DNA of 64,000 bases, from positions 108,252,001 through 108,316,000 of the forward strand of contig NC_086373.1 in assembly GCF_036588685.1 (NCBI RefSeq). The letters run 5' to 3'. This stretch comes from Mytilus trossulus (taxonomy: Eukaryota). How positions within the stretch are numbered: the stretch's first letter is position 1; every line of letters starts with the position of its first letter. The notes under the pieces were generated by a model, which was given only the letters and a program-made list of their open reading frames with translations, was not told where the DNA came from and ran no database searches. Shown in pieces: positions 41,088-51,249 of this stretch. The position numbers and the translations under genes were made by a program.

Positions 41088-44000
41088 ATGGAAGCGAAGA
41101 TGAAAGCCGTCCGAGCGGGACATAAAGGAGCAGTTACCAAACTCCTGAGGAAATTCGAAGACATTCAACAAAGTTCAGAAGCGGATTACGAAGAAATTTC
41201 AACGCTATTAGAAGCAGTCACACAGAAGAAAAGAATTTTAGAAAATATCAACGAAAAAATATTGGAGCAAACTTCGGATGAAGATGTAGCAGTGGAAATA
41301 CAGGATTCAGATGAGTACATGTACAATTTAGAATATAAATTACGGCAAATTACAAAATTAGCAAAGTCAGTTCAAAATCAGAGTTTACCCGCAAATGAAT
41401 CAATTTCATTGAATTTGAACCCTCATGCCGATAATTTTATACCGAATACCCAATCAGTTCCATCTACATTTATTAGTCAACCTTCAACATCAGCAAACCA
41501 ACAATATACACATAGCTCAAATTCACGCTCATCGTCTAGCACAAACAGCGAGTATCACAAGCTACCAAAGTTAAACTTGCCTATATTTACCGGAGATATA
41601 CTAGACTGGCAATCATTTTGGGACTCCTATGAAACCGCGATCCACACAAATCCTACACTGAGTGATGCACAAAAATTCAACTACTTGAAGTCCCTTCTAC
41701 AAAGCGAAGCGTTACAAACTATAGCAGGATTTTCCATGACAAACACAAATTACGACAAAGCAATTTCATTACTCCAGGAAAGATACGGGCAAACTCATAA
41801 AATAGTCCAAACCTACATGCAGGCCTTACTTGATTTACAGGCTCCAATTCATACAATTACTAGTCTCCGTAGTTACTATGATAAGACAGAAACTTATGTA
41901 AGAGGTCTCGAGTCACTCGGACAGACAGACGATACGTACGGATCATTACTAGTTCCTGTTATTCTGAATAAATTACCCGCAGAGATACGTCAACATTTAG
42001 CACGAGAACACAGATCCACAAACTGGACACTACATGATTTACGCAAAGCGCTTCTCGACGAACTAAATATTATGGAAGCCGGAAAATTACCGGATAAAGT
42101 AGAAAGACCACTCGCTACCGCTACATTTTTAACTAGTATGAAGTCACTTTCAAACTCAACATTCGGAAAACCCGAAAAGTCAGTTTCGGATAAAAAACCT
42201 TTCATTAAGTCTTGCATTTTTTGCCATGAAAATGGGCATATAGCCATTAATTGCACAAAAATCACAACCGTTGATGCACGCACAGCTGTAATTAAGAGAG
42301 AGAGGCTATGTTTTAACTGTCTCGGTCGTCACAAATTAGCTGAATGCAAATCTACAAGCACGTGTAAAAAATGCAACAAACGTCATCATACAAGTATATG
42401 TAACAAGAATAACAGTATGAACGAATCACATGAACAAGTAAACGAAGATAATGGTAAAACCGTATTACACTCCTCCCTTGCACCACATAAAACATCAAAT
42501 GTTATATTGAAAACCGCTGTCGCTTGCGTGAGCTCAGGAACACAGTCAACGGATGCTAATATTTTACTAGACGAAGGAGCACAGAGATCATTCATCACAG
42601 AATCACTCGCCAGAAAACTAGATTTAGGTATAAACGGGACCGAAATAGTTCATCTTTCTGGATTCGGAGAGCAAAACAGACAAGTTAGGCATATGCAATC
42701 GGCAACGATTTACTTACAAACTGACGATGTAGAAAACATACCGCTCGAGGTACTTATCATTCCTGAAATAGCATTACCGATACAAACGCACATGAAATCA
42801 GTAGTTAATATGAGACATTTGCATGGCTTGAAATTAGCACACCCAATTACCGAAGATGACATGTTTGATATTAATTTACTTATTGGAGCAGATTATTATT
42901 GGAGTATAGTAGGAGATAAAATCATAAGAGGTAATGGACCGACTGCCGTCGAGTCTAAATTAGGATATTTACTTTCTGGACCAACGACAAGTATTAGAGA
43001 ATCAAACAGAAGTTCAATATTGAACGTTATCGTGTCTCATAAAGCAGAGGAATGTAATTTAACAAAGTTTTGGGAAATCGAGTCCCTTGGTATAGAAGAC
43101 AGTAACACAAAAACAGAGCTAGAAGAATTTCAAACGATTTATGAAAACTCATCAGTGTCATTTCTTGACAACAAGTATGTCGCCAAGCTACCTTGGAAAA
43201 CCAACCACTCGCCATTACCGTCAAACAAAACAGTCGCCTTTCGTAGGACTGAAAATGTAATAAGACGTCTTAGTAAAGAACCGCAATTGTTACAAAAGTA
43301 TGGAGAAATCATCGAAGAACAGGAAAAGCGAGGGTTTATAGAGAAAGTCGAGGAAGATTTAGTTAAACCAAATACCAAGTTACATTATATCCCGCATCAC
43401 GCAGTAAAGAAAGATTCCGCAACTACACCTATCAGGATCGTGTATGACTGTAGTTGTAGACAAACACCGGACACCGCCAGCTTAAATGATTGCTTACTTA
43501 ACGTACCTCCGAAGTTGAATAATGTAACCGCAATACTTTTAAGATTCCGCATGAATAAATACGCCGTATGTACAGATATAGAAAAGGCATTTCTCAACGT
43601 TGGACTAGATATTGAAGACCGGGACGTCACCAGGTTTTTCTGGTTAAGCAATCCAACAGACCCAAGCAGTTGTATCACGACTTATAGGTTTAAATCTGTA
43701 TTATTTGGAGCCACCTGTTCACCATTTATATTAAATGCTGTTTTATCAAAACACATCAACAACCACCAGACAGAATTTACTGACAATTTAATGAGAGATT
43801 TATACGTAGATAATATTGTTTCTAGTTTTAATTCCGAAGATGAATTGTCACAATATTTCAAAGTTGTTCGCAAGTTATTTACAGATGGTGGATTCAATTT
43901 ACGCGCATGGGCATCAAATAACAAACTATTACAACAACTTGCAGAATCTGAAAAAGTTATCGACACAGAACAGGTAGTAAAAGTATTAGGCTTGCGTTGG

Positions 44001-46469
44001 AATACAGATCAAGATACACTAAAGTATGCTGAAAATATTCTCGACACGGAAATAGACCTCATCACGAAACGCGAAGTACTTAGAGAATCGTCCAAGATTT
44101 ATGATCCACTCGGGATCATCAGTCCAGTTACCGTACGAGGTAAAATGTTTATGCAAACACTTTGGGGTGAAAACATGAAATGGGACGAGCCATTGCCTGA
44201 TCATATGAGAACAGAATGGATTGACATAAGAAAAGATATTAATGAAGCAACAAAGACCGTTATACATCGTCACTACTTCACAAATTGTTCGGATTCTAAT
44301 AGCGACAATGTGATACATGTATTCATGGATGCTAGCATGAAAGCTTACGGAGCTTGTGCATACCTAGTTTCAGAAGGAAAAAGTTCACTCTTAATGTCAA
44401 GAAATCGAGTAGCACCGTTAAAACAGCTAACAATTCCAAGACTAGAACTAATGGCAGCAGTAATTGGAAGTCGATTTTTATCTCATATTTTGTCTCATAT
44501 TAATGTTAATCGTGTAATATTATGGAGCGATAGCCAAATTGTCTTGAGCTGGCTGAGTTCGAAGAAGACATTAAAACAATTTGTCGCTAACAGAGTGAAA
44601 GAAATCAAAGAACTGACTGAAAAGTTTACATGGAAATACTGTCCAAGTGAATCCAATCCCGCCGATTTACTATCAAGAGGAATAACAACTCAAAAGTTTA
44701 GAGACAACATGTTATGGATGAACGGCCCTGATTGGTTAACGAACGAGAATAAATGGCCTGAATGGAAAATAGATGAAACGCAAATTATGCCAGCAAGTGC
44801 TCAACAAGAAGTTACAGTTGATACGACACAAATACTGAGTACACACAGTGTAACGCAGGAAAATACCATAATTGACATTGACAGGTTTAATTCTTTCAAG
44901 AAACTTTTGAGAGTCATAGCCTACGTTGAAAGATTTATATTTAACTGTAGATCGAGAGAAAAACGTACTGGAAATCTTAATACGCAAGAATTACAGAATG
45001 CAACGTATACTTTGATACAAGAAGTACAACGAAGACACTTTTTGGACGTAAAGCTAAGCTTACAAAATGGAGAAACAAAGACACACAACTTAGTTAAACA
45101 ACTGAAACTTTATTTGGATAAGGACAACTTGATTCGTTGTGAAGGACGTATTCATAACGCGCCATTGGATGAATCTACTAAATTTCCTATACTGCTACCT
45201 GCAAAAGATAGATTAACCAGACTCGTTATAATGGATGCTCACATTTCACATTTACACTCAGGACTGTCAAGTACCGTCACACTAATCCGTCAGACATATT
45301 GGATACCGACTATACGACAAGTTGCGAACAGTATCTTACGCAAATGTGTGACCTGTAAAAAAGTTAAAGGCCGACCGTATACAGCCCCAGATCCGCCGCC
45401 TTTACCGAAGGACAGACTACGAGAAGCACCGCCGTTCACAGTAACGGGAGTTGATTTTACGGGAGCTCTGACAGTGAAAAACAACGATGGAACTACAAGC
45501 AAAGCTTACATATGTTTATTTACATGTGCCAGCACTCGCGCTGTGCATTTAGAAGTGGTGGACAATTTAACAGAAGAAACATTTATCCTAGCATTTAGAA
45601 GATTCGTTAGTAGAAAATCGTTACCGAAAACGATGATATCCGACAATGCTACTACCTACATTGCAGCCGCTAAGCATATAGAGAATCTCACACGATCAGC
45701 GTCACTTACAGAAACGTTGAACAACTATGGTACAACATGGACATTTATACCAAAACGCGCACCGTGGTACGGTGGCTTTTGGGAAAGATTGATAGGGATT
45801 ACAAAAGATTGTGTTAAGAAGGTTTTGGGACGTTCTCTTATCAATATAGAACTTCTTAAGACAATTGTGACTGAAGTTGAAACTATTATGAATGACCGTC
45901 CACTAACTTACGTATCGTCAGATCCTTTAGATGAACCGCTAACGCCATCACATTTACTTTACGGACGTCGGATCACAACACTTCCATACCCTGATAATAG
46001 AGACTTTGAGCATTCGACGCTTGAGATGACTCATGAATCTGTGAATAAACTGTCTCGGTTGAAATCTCAAATTATTCAACAGTTTTGGTGCAAATGGAAA
46101 CACGAGTATCTTACCTCTCTTCGAGAATATCATCGAAACACTGGAAAGGACATTCAAACAATTAAAGTTGGAGATGTAGTACAAGTGTACGAAGAATCAC
46201 CGAGGACAAAGTGGAATCTAGCCGTTATTGATCAACTGAACATTGGAGGTGACGGGAAAACGAGATCTGCTGTTATACGGACAAAACATGGACTCACTTC
46301 ACGTCCAATAACAAAACTTTATCCTCTCGAAGTGTCAGAAAATAGAGACTTTACTATAGACAATAATTGTGATCTCAACAATCCTTCTACGTCTAGAAAC
46401 TTAAGCCGTAAAGCGAAAAGTGTTGCCATAGAGAAACTTAAGAAATGGACAAAAGGAAATAATTCATAA
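41088..46469 (+). CDS. Intact BEL/Pao Gag-Pol polyprotein (copy 3)
   Basis: Gag (LPKLNLPIFTGD..WQSFWD), three CCHC knuckles, protease LLDEGAQRSFI, RT YVDN, RNase H HVFMDAS and integrase (H..H..CVTC; GVDFTG/SDNAT/WERL) in BEL/Pao order. First ATG is at 41088. Confidence 0.95.
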   Translation: MEAKMKAVRAGHKGAVTKLLRKFEDIQQSSEADYEEISTLLEAVTQKKRILENINEKILEQTSDEDVAVEIQDSDEYMYNLEYKLRQITKLAKSVQNQSLPANESISLNLNPHADNFIPNTQSVPSTFISQPSTSANQQYTHSSNSRSSSSTNSEYHKLPKLNLPIFTGDILDWQSFWDSYETAIHTNPTLSDAQKFNYLKSLLQSEALQTIAGFSMTNTNYDKAISLLQERYGQTHKIVQTYMQALLDLQAPIHTITSLRSYYDKTETYVRGLESLGQTDDTYGSLLVPVILNKLPAEIRQHLAREHRSTNWTLHDLRKALLDELNIMEAGKLPDKVERPLATATFLTSMKSLSNSTFGKPEKSVSDKKPFIKSCIFCHENGHIAINCTKITTVDARTAVIKRERLCFNCLGRHKLAECKSTSTCKKCNKRHHTSICNKNNSMNESHEQVNEDNGKTVLHSSLAPHKTSNVILKTAVACVSSGTQSTDANILLDEGAQRSFITESLARKLDLGINGTEIVHLSGFGEQNRQVRHMQSATIYLQTDDVENIPLEVLIIPEIALPIQTHMKSVVNMRHLHGLKLAHPITEDDMFDINLLIGADYYWSIVGDKIIRGNGPTAVESKLGYLLSGPTTSIRESNRSSILNVIVSHKAEECNLTKFWEIESLGIEDSNTKTELEEFQTIYENSSVSFLDNKYVAKLPWKTNHSPLPSNKTVAFRRTENVIRRLSKEPQLLQKYGEIIEEQEKRGFIEKVEEDLVKPNTKLHYIPHHAVKKDSATTPIRIVYDCSCRQTPDTASLNDCLLNVPPKLNNVTAILLRFRMNKYAVCTDIEKAFLNVGLDIEDRDVTRFFWLSNPTDPSSCITTYRFKSVLFGATCSPFILNAVLSKHINNHQTEFTDNLMRDLYVDNIVSSFNSEDELSQYFKVVRKLFTDGGFNLRAWASNNKLLQQLAESEKVIDTEQVVKVLGLRWNTDQDTLKYAENILDTEIDLITKREVLRESSKIYDPLGIISPVTVRGKMFMQTLWGENMKWDEPLPDHMRTEWIDIRKDINEATKTVIHRHYFTNCSDSNSDNVIHVFMDASMKAYGACAYLVSEGKSSLLMSRNRVAPLKQLTIPRLELMAAVIGSRFLSHILSHINVNRVILWSDSQIVLSWLSSKKTLKQFVANRVKEIKELTEKFTWKYCPSESNPADLLSRGITTQKFRDNMLWMNGPDWLTNENKWPEWKIDETQIMPASAQQEVTVDTTQILSTHSVTQENTIIDIDRFNSFKKLLRVIAYVERFIFNCRSREKRTGNLNTQELQNATYTLIQEVQRRHFLDVKLSLQNGETKTHNLVKQLKLYLDKDNLIRCEGRIHNAPLDESTKFPILLPAKDRLTRLVIMDAHISHLHSGLSSTVTLIRQTYWIPTIRQVANSILRKCVTCKKVKGRPYTAPDPPPLPKDRLREAPPFTVTGVDFTGALTVKNNDGTTSKAYICLFTCASTRAVHLEVVDNLTEETFILAFRRFVSRKSLPKTMISDNATTYIAAAKHIENLTRSASLTETLNNYGTTWTFIPKRAPWYGGFWERLIGITKDCVKKVLGRSLINIELLKTIVTEVETIMNDRPLTYVSSDPLDEPLTPSHLLYGRRITTLPYPDNRDFEHSTLEMTHESVNKLSRLKSQIIQQFWCKWKHEYLTSLREYHRNTGKDIQTIKVGDVVQVYEESPRTKWNLAVIDQLNIGGDGKTRSAVIRTKHGLTSRPITKLYPLEVSENRDFTIDNNCDLNNPSTSRNLSRKAKSVAIEKLKKWTKGNNS

Positions 46470-46622
46470 TCAATGACTGTAAATTAAATTCAAGTTTAGT
46501 TTTCATATATAGACATTAACTCCTTTCAGAGACTTCAGAGTTTTCAGTAATTTTTCAAGTGTCAATTTATTTATATTGTAGTTTTTAATATTTTTAATTT
46601 CATCTTTTGCGCGGCCCGAGTA

Positions 46623-46787
46623 TGTTGTAAAATCTGCTTACTACATGTATAGTAAAGCGCGCCGCTCGATTGTAACGTCACTATAGTTGACGTACTTCCT
46701 TTAGCTTTCATTACATTATCAAACTAGCAAGACGTCTGTTATTTTACTTCATGCCATTGTACGAAATCTTACCCACTATACGCAAAA
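46623..46787 (+). repeat. LTR4 (165 bp)
   Basis: Full length, followed by TSD AGTAC. Confidence 0.95.
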
Positions 46788-47124
46788 AGTACATTTAATT
46801 TGATAATGAAACTGTGTTGAAAAAGACAGCAATGGTTTTATCATTTTACTGTCTTTTTTTTTCCATAGATATTTTACCGCTTATTGTGTGTTACTATATT
46901 TAATATCTGTGCTTGTTGCAGTTGCTATATTTTTAGTTGCCTAGGTAAAAATCTACATATTAGCTGTTCCAAATCTCATATTAACTTCTCAAGATTTTCC
47001 CTCCCTGAATAAGCATATATTCTTACTTTTGTGATTATTATTAACAACATATAAATATAACTGTAATCAAATCTGAACTGTTAGATGCATTCGTGTGTTT
47101 GACTATGTTAGATTGAACCAATGG

Positions 47125-47484
47125 TATGCACTGCACTTTCTCTTCACTGAAATAAATGTCTCAAAAAATGAATGACCAATATATGGATAGCAAGTTTGAT
47201 TTAGAGTCAACGTGTTTAAATATAAAGAAAACCACATTTCCAGTTTTATTTTTTTAAATTTACCTGTGGTAAAGAAACACTGATTTAAATACAGTTGACG
47301 CAATATTGTTAAACGTAAAAGTAGACAAGACTGATAAGCGGTAAGTTGATTGGAAACTTAACCATAGGTTGCAGAAAATTAAGGAATACATGAAATTTGT
47401 TTTTGAAATTTTTTAGTTATCATACACATTTTACTTGTTTGGGTCATATTAATTAGAATTTAATCGTTTTTGTGGTTATTGTAG
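47125..47484 (+). promoter_or_regulatory. Conserved upstream block and putative 5'-UTR intron (47341-47484) of copy F
   Basis: Same motif series as 8438-8796; GCG|GTAAGT donor and TTGTAG acceptor 2 nt before the ATG. Confidence 0.55.
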
Positions 47485-47486
47485 TG

Positions 47487-48749
47487 ATGGCAGCTGCACC
47501 AAACGTTTGTGACGGCTGCACAAAAGATGGAAAAGTAGAATCATTTTGCGTCAATTGTGAGCAGCTTTATTGCCAGGAATGTACCGTTTATCATATGAAA
47601 TGTAAAGTCACACGTTCACATATCTTAATGGATGCATCAAACGTTGACACATATAACGCTCATTCTTCAATTGATGTTAAGTGTGGCAATGAATGTGGGG
47701 AGCAGGCAGTAGTTCTTTGTTTGGATTGTAAACAGTTACTTTGCAACGACTGTTCAGAGAAGCATTCAATGCTTAAAGCAACCAAAGGACATAATACAAT
47801 AACCGCGAAACAACTTGTTAGAGAAGAAACAGCATCCTTATCTTCTGACTGCGTTTACTCTGAACAAACTTCTGTAATTTCACATCCACAGGAGTTAGTG
47901 CATGCACAAGTTCAAGTTGAGAAAGGTCCACACTCGGGGACATTTTTGCATGAGTTCATGAGTTCTGCTCCAGGAGATAAAGAGTTAACTCGAGTTCGTG
48001 GAATAGTGCTTCTTTTCGATGGCAGAATTATTATAGCCGATTATAAAAATCGGAGTTTGAAACTATTTAGCCGTGAAATGAAATTTGAAATGGCAAAGGA
48101 TATAAAAGATGACCCAAGAGGAATGGTTGCTTCTGCTTATGATAATGTAATAGTCACTTTTGCTGATAAGAAGGAAATACGAATATATGAAATAGAAAAT
48201 AAAAAGATACGTACTAAAAAAAAGGTAAATGTGAAAGAAAAACCTTACAGTATTGCTTATAATAAAGACCACTTTGCGGTTGAACACGGTGAGGGAGAAG
48301 ATGGCACAATTCGTATTTATGACCAGCACATAAGAGAAATCTTTATCATACCGGGTAGTACCAGAAGCTTTGGACAATTTACTGGCAATACAATACGCCT
48401 TGCCTTAGATTTATCAAAATATGTCATATTTGTTGTAGATATAGCAAAGGAGTTGGTCCATTGTGTTGATTTTAAAGGTGGGCTGATCTGGACAGTAAAA
48501 GTCGGAAGTCCTAGAGGAATTGTGTTCCACAATAACATGCTATTTGTTGCCAGCAGTACAGAAAACAAGATAATTCAAATGAATGCTGTAGATGGAATAG
48601 TTTACTCTATGTTAGACGAAGACAATAGAATTAGGCGTCCTCGGTACATTGCCTACAATCCTGATTCGAAAAAAATGGCTGTTGAAATCGATGGAAACCA
48701 TATAAAACTGTATAATATTACTGGCTTACAAAAGGGTTTTAACTTTTAG
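47487..48749 (+). CDS. TRIM-like 2xB-box + NHL protein (copy F, 420 aa)
   Basis: Intact ORF, closest to copy B. The ATG at 47487 aligns with the paralogue starts. Confidence 0.9.
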   Translation: MAAAPNVCDGCTKDGKVESFCVNCEQLYCQECTVYHMKCKVTRSHILMDASNVDTYNAHSSIDVKCGNECGEQAVVLCLDCKQLLCNDCSEKHSMLKATKGHNTITAKQLVREETASLSSDCVYSEQTSVISHPQELVHAQVQVEKGPHSGTFLHEFMSSAPGDKELTRVRGIVLLFDGRIIIADYKNRSLKLFSREMKFEMAKDIKDDPRGMVASAYDNVIVTFADKKEIRIYEIENKKIRTKKKVNVKEKPYSIAYNKDHFAVEHGEGEDGTIRIYDQHIREIFIIPGSTRSFGQFTGNTIRLALDLSKYVIFVVDIAKELVHCVDFKGGLIWTVKVGSPRGIVFHNNMLFVASSTENKIIQMNAVDGIVYSMLDEDNRIRRPRYIAYNPDSKKMAVEIDGNHIKLYNITGLQKGFNF

Positions 48750-51249
48750 CATTCCTGAGGAATGAATATCCTCATTGATAAAATTAGTAGTCAAATCAAG
48801 TATCATTTGAATTATTTTACGTTTCATTTATTTAGCATAATTGATAATATGGATAGGATATCTTTTAGTGTTCGTGTATTTTATTTTATTTCAATATATC
48901 AATTATGCATTACTCAAAGATTTGCGGTAACTTGTTTACATTGGTCTGTTTAATATTTTTCCTTTATTTTTATTTTTTTGTCTTTTGAGGCATTTAGTCA
49001 CACATTATACACATGGGTAAAATCGTATAAGTAACACGATATAAAATCATTAATGCACTTTGAAATAATGTATGTACCGACTACAAATATTTTTGATTTT
49101 ACATTTTCTATTTCAATATATACTTGAATGAATCACAAATGAAAATAAAATTAAAGATTAGTTTTTAATAAAATGTCAATGTTTATTTTTCTAGAAATCC
49201 TTTTTGTTATAATATACACCTAGTCTGTATTTTTTTAATGGATTAAACTACAGGAAAGAAATTTACAAATTACATTCTACAGGATTGTTGTCAATATTTT
49301 ACCTAAAAATATACTCGTGGAGTCAACTTCTGGTAGTTTTTTGATTTCTTAATGTCTAAGGTATTATAACTTTCCTCAAGGAAACCTGTTCTATCTTTAT
49401 GGCAACTGGAACGGTCGATGTTAAGATGATGGGGATTATTGGATTGTTGGTGATCTTCGGAAAGACTCGTTGTAGACTTTTAATGTATTTTTTTTTATCA
49501 AAGTGAGATGTTTCCATTTAATATATATAATAAAGCTACAAAATTACTTCACTTATGCATCAACTCGCGAACTAAATGTCATGTATTTAAAATGCATTAT
49601 ATCGAACTGTATGTCATATTTGTTTTGATAATTTAAGGCAAAAATAATCTGATAAATCTCAGAACGAGTAAGCGCGGTTATTGAAAAATTTTGTCTGCGA
49701 AAAATTATACTTGATCACGCTTTGCTAACTTAGGAATTAAAGTTTTACTATAAACAAAAACAAAAAAGCTTTGTCACGAAAAAGTAAACGTTAAAACTAA
49801 ACCAAAGGAATATACCGGAAGACTGGCTCTTTTCAGAACACGTCGTAAATGAATTTTAAAAAGTGTCTAAAAAGTGTGGATCATGTTTTTTCAAAAAAAA
49901 TAATGAAAGGTATGTGACACTGGACTTTTTCTGCGCTACAGGTTGTGCCAAATTTCTAGATTTTGTATAGATTATGAAAAGGAAATCCAATTTTGTGTGA
50001 TATAAAGAAAACTACATGATATAATTTTACGATGAAATGTGAGAAGATAACTTTATACCATACTTTCAGATAAGAAAAAGAAAAAATGGGGTCACGGAAC
50101 TTGTTTTCGTGCAACATATTAAAATAAGTAAATTCAAAACACTCATAGATAGAAAATACTTTATCTGCGTTATCCCCCCTACTAACTGAATTATCTTCCC
50201 TTATTTGGCAGAGATGAAAAAGAATAGTCACAAATATGGTGTTTTTTTAGAAATAACAGCCGTAAATATGATAAAACATATAGTTTTCTATATTGAAATC
50301 AGAAGTCTTGCACATGAACTACATACTACTCTCCAGATTTGCACAATTCATCTAAGATCTAGACCAACTGTTATCTGCTACTTCAAAATCTAAGATGCAG
50401 GAAGACACCTGAGCCATCTTAACGGGATTATTAAAAAAAGCTTTGTTCTAACAAAATATACAGAAAATAATATTAAGAAAATGTTTGTACATTTGTTATT
50501 AAAACAGAGATATCTATGAGATTGTTATCTTGAATAGTTTTATATCATTGTCATTCCGATTAGTTTCTTGTATTACCTAATCTGACTTCGGACTCGGACT
50601 TCTTTTAAAAGAGGGGTGACGGATAGATTGAACTGACAACGCCATGGCTAAAAATAAAAAAGATAAACAGACAAATGATAGTACACAAGAAACGACATAG
50701 AAAATTAAAAAAAAATTAGCAACACGAACCCTATTGAAAACTGGGGGTGATCTCATGTACTCCGGAAGGATAAGCAGATCCTGCTCCACATTGCACCAGT
50801 TGTGTTGCTCATGCTATTACAAATCCGGTAAATCTTCTAAATCGGTAGGTCATATTCGTGAAAAGGGAAGGGAATTGTAATCACGACATAAGGTAGTAAT
50901 ACACAGTTAGGAGTTTAGTTTTACATTTTCAAATAGGAAAGTTATTGTCTAATTAAAATTAATTTTTAGAAAGCTGAGTGCTAATTTAGCCGTCAAAGAT
51001 GGTTTATAATAGCATCAAGATTATTTTTTTACATGTTTTATGGGTTATTTTCTGTTTGACAATCCGTAATTTAAAAGCATTAGCATTTTATTTAGATTTA
51101 GTTATTTTAACTAAATCTAAATACACGAACCCGTGTGCAAATAGGGATATATAGATATAGGAAGATGTGGTGTGAGTGCCAATGAGACAACTCTCCATCC
51201 AAATAACAATTTAAAAATTAAACCATTATAGGTTAAAGTACGGCCTTCA

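Larger units (their letters stand above)
29473..46787 (+). mobile_element. Tandem trimer of a BEL/Pao LTR retrotransposon (LTR-int-LTR-int-LTR-int-LTR)
   Basis: Three ~5560-bp internal regions (29638-35197, 35351-40910, 41064-46622) and four LTRs. TSD AGTAC at 29468-29472 and 46788-46792. Confidence 0.97.

Noticed and set aside
30961-46184. Many short minus-strand ORFs repeated three times
   Set aside because: They are antisense shadows of the gag-pol frame, repeated only because the element is triplicated; no domain signal.
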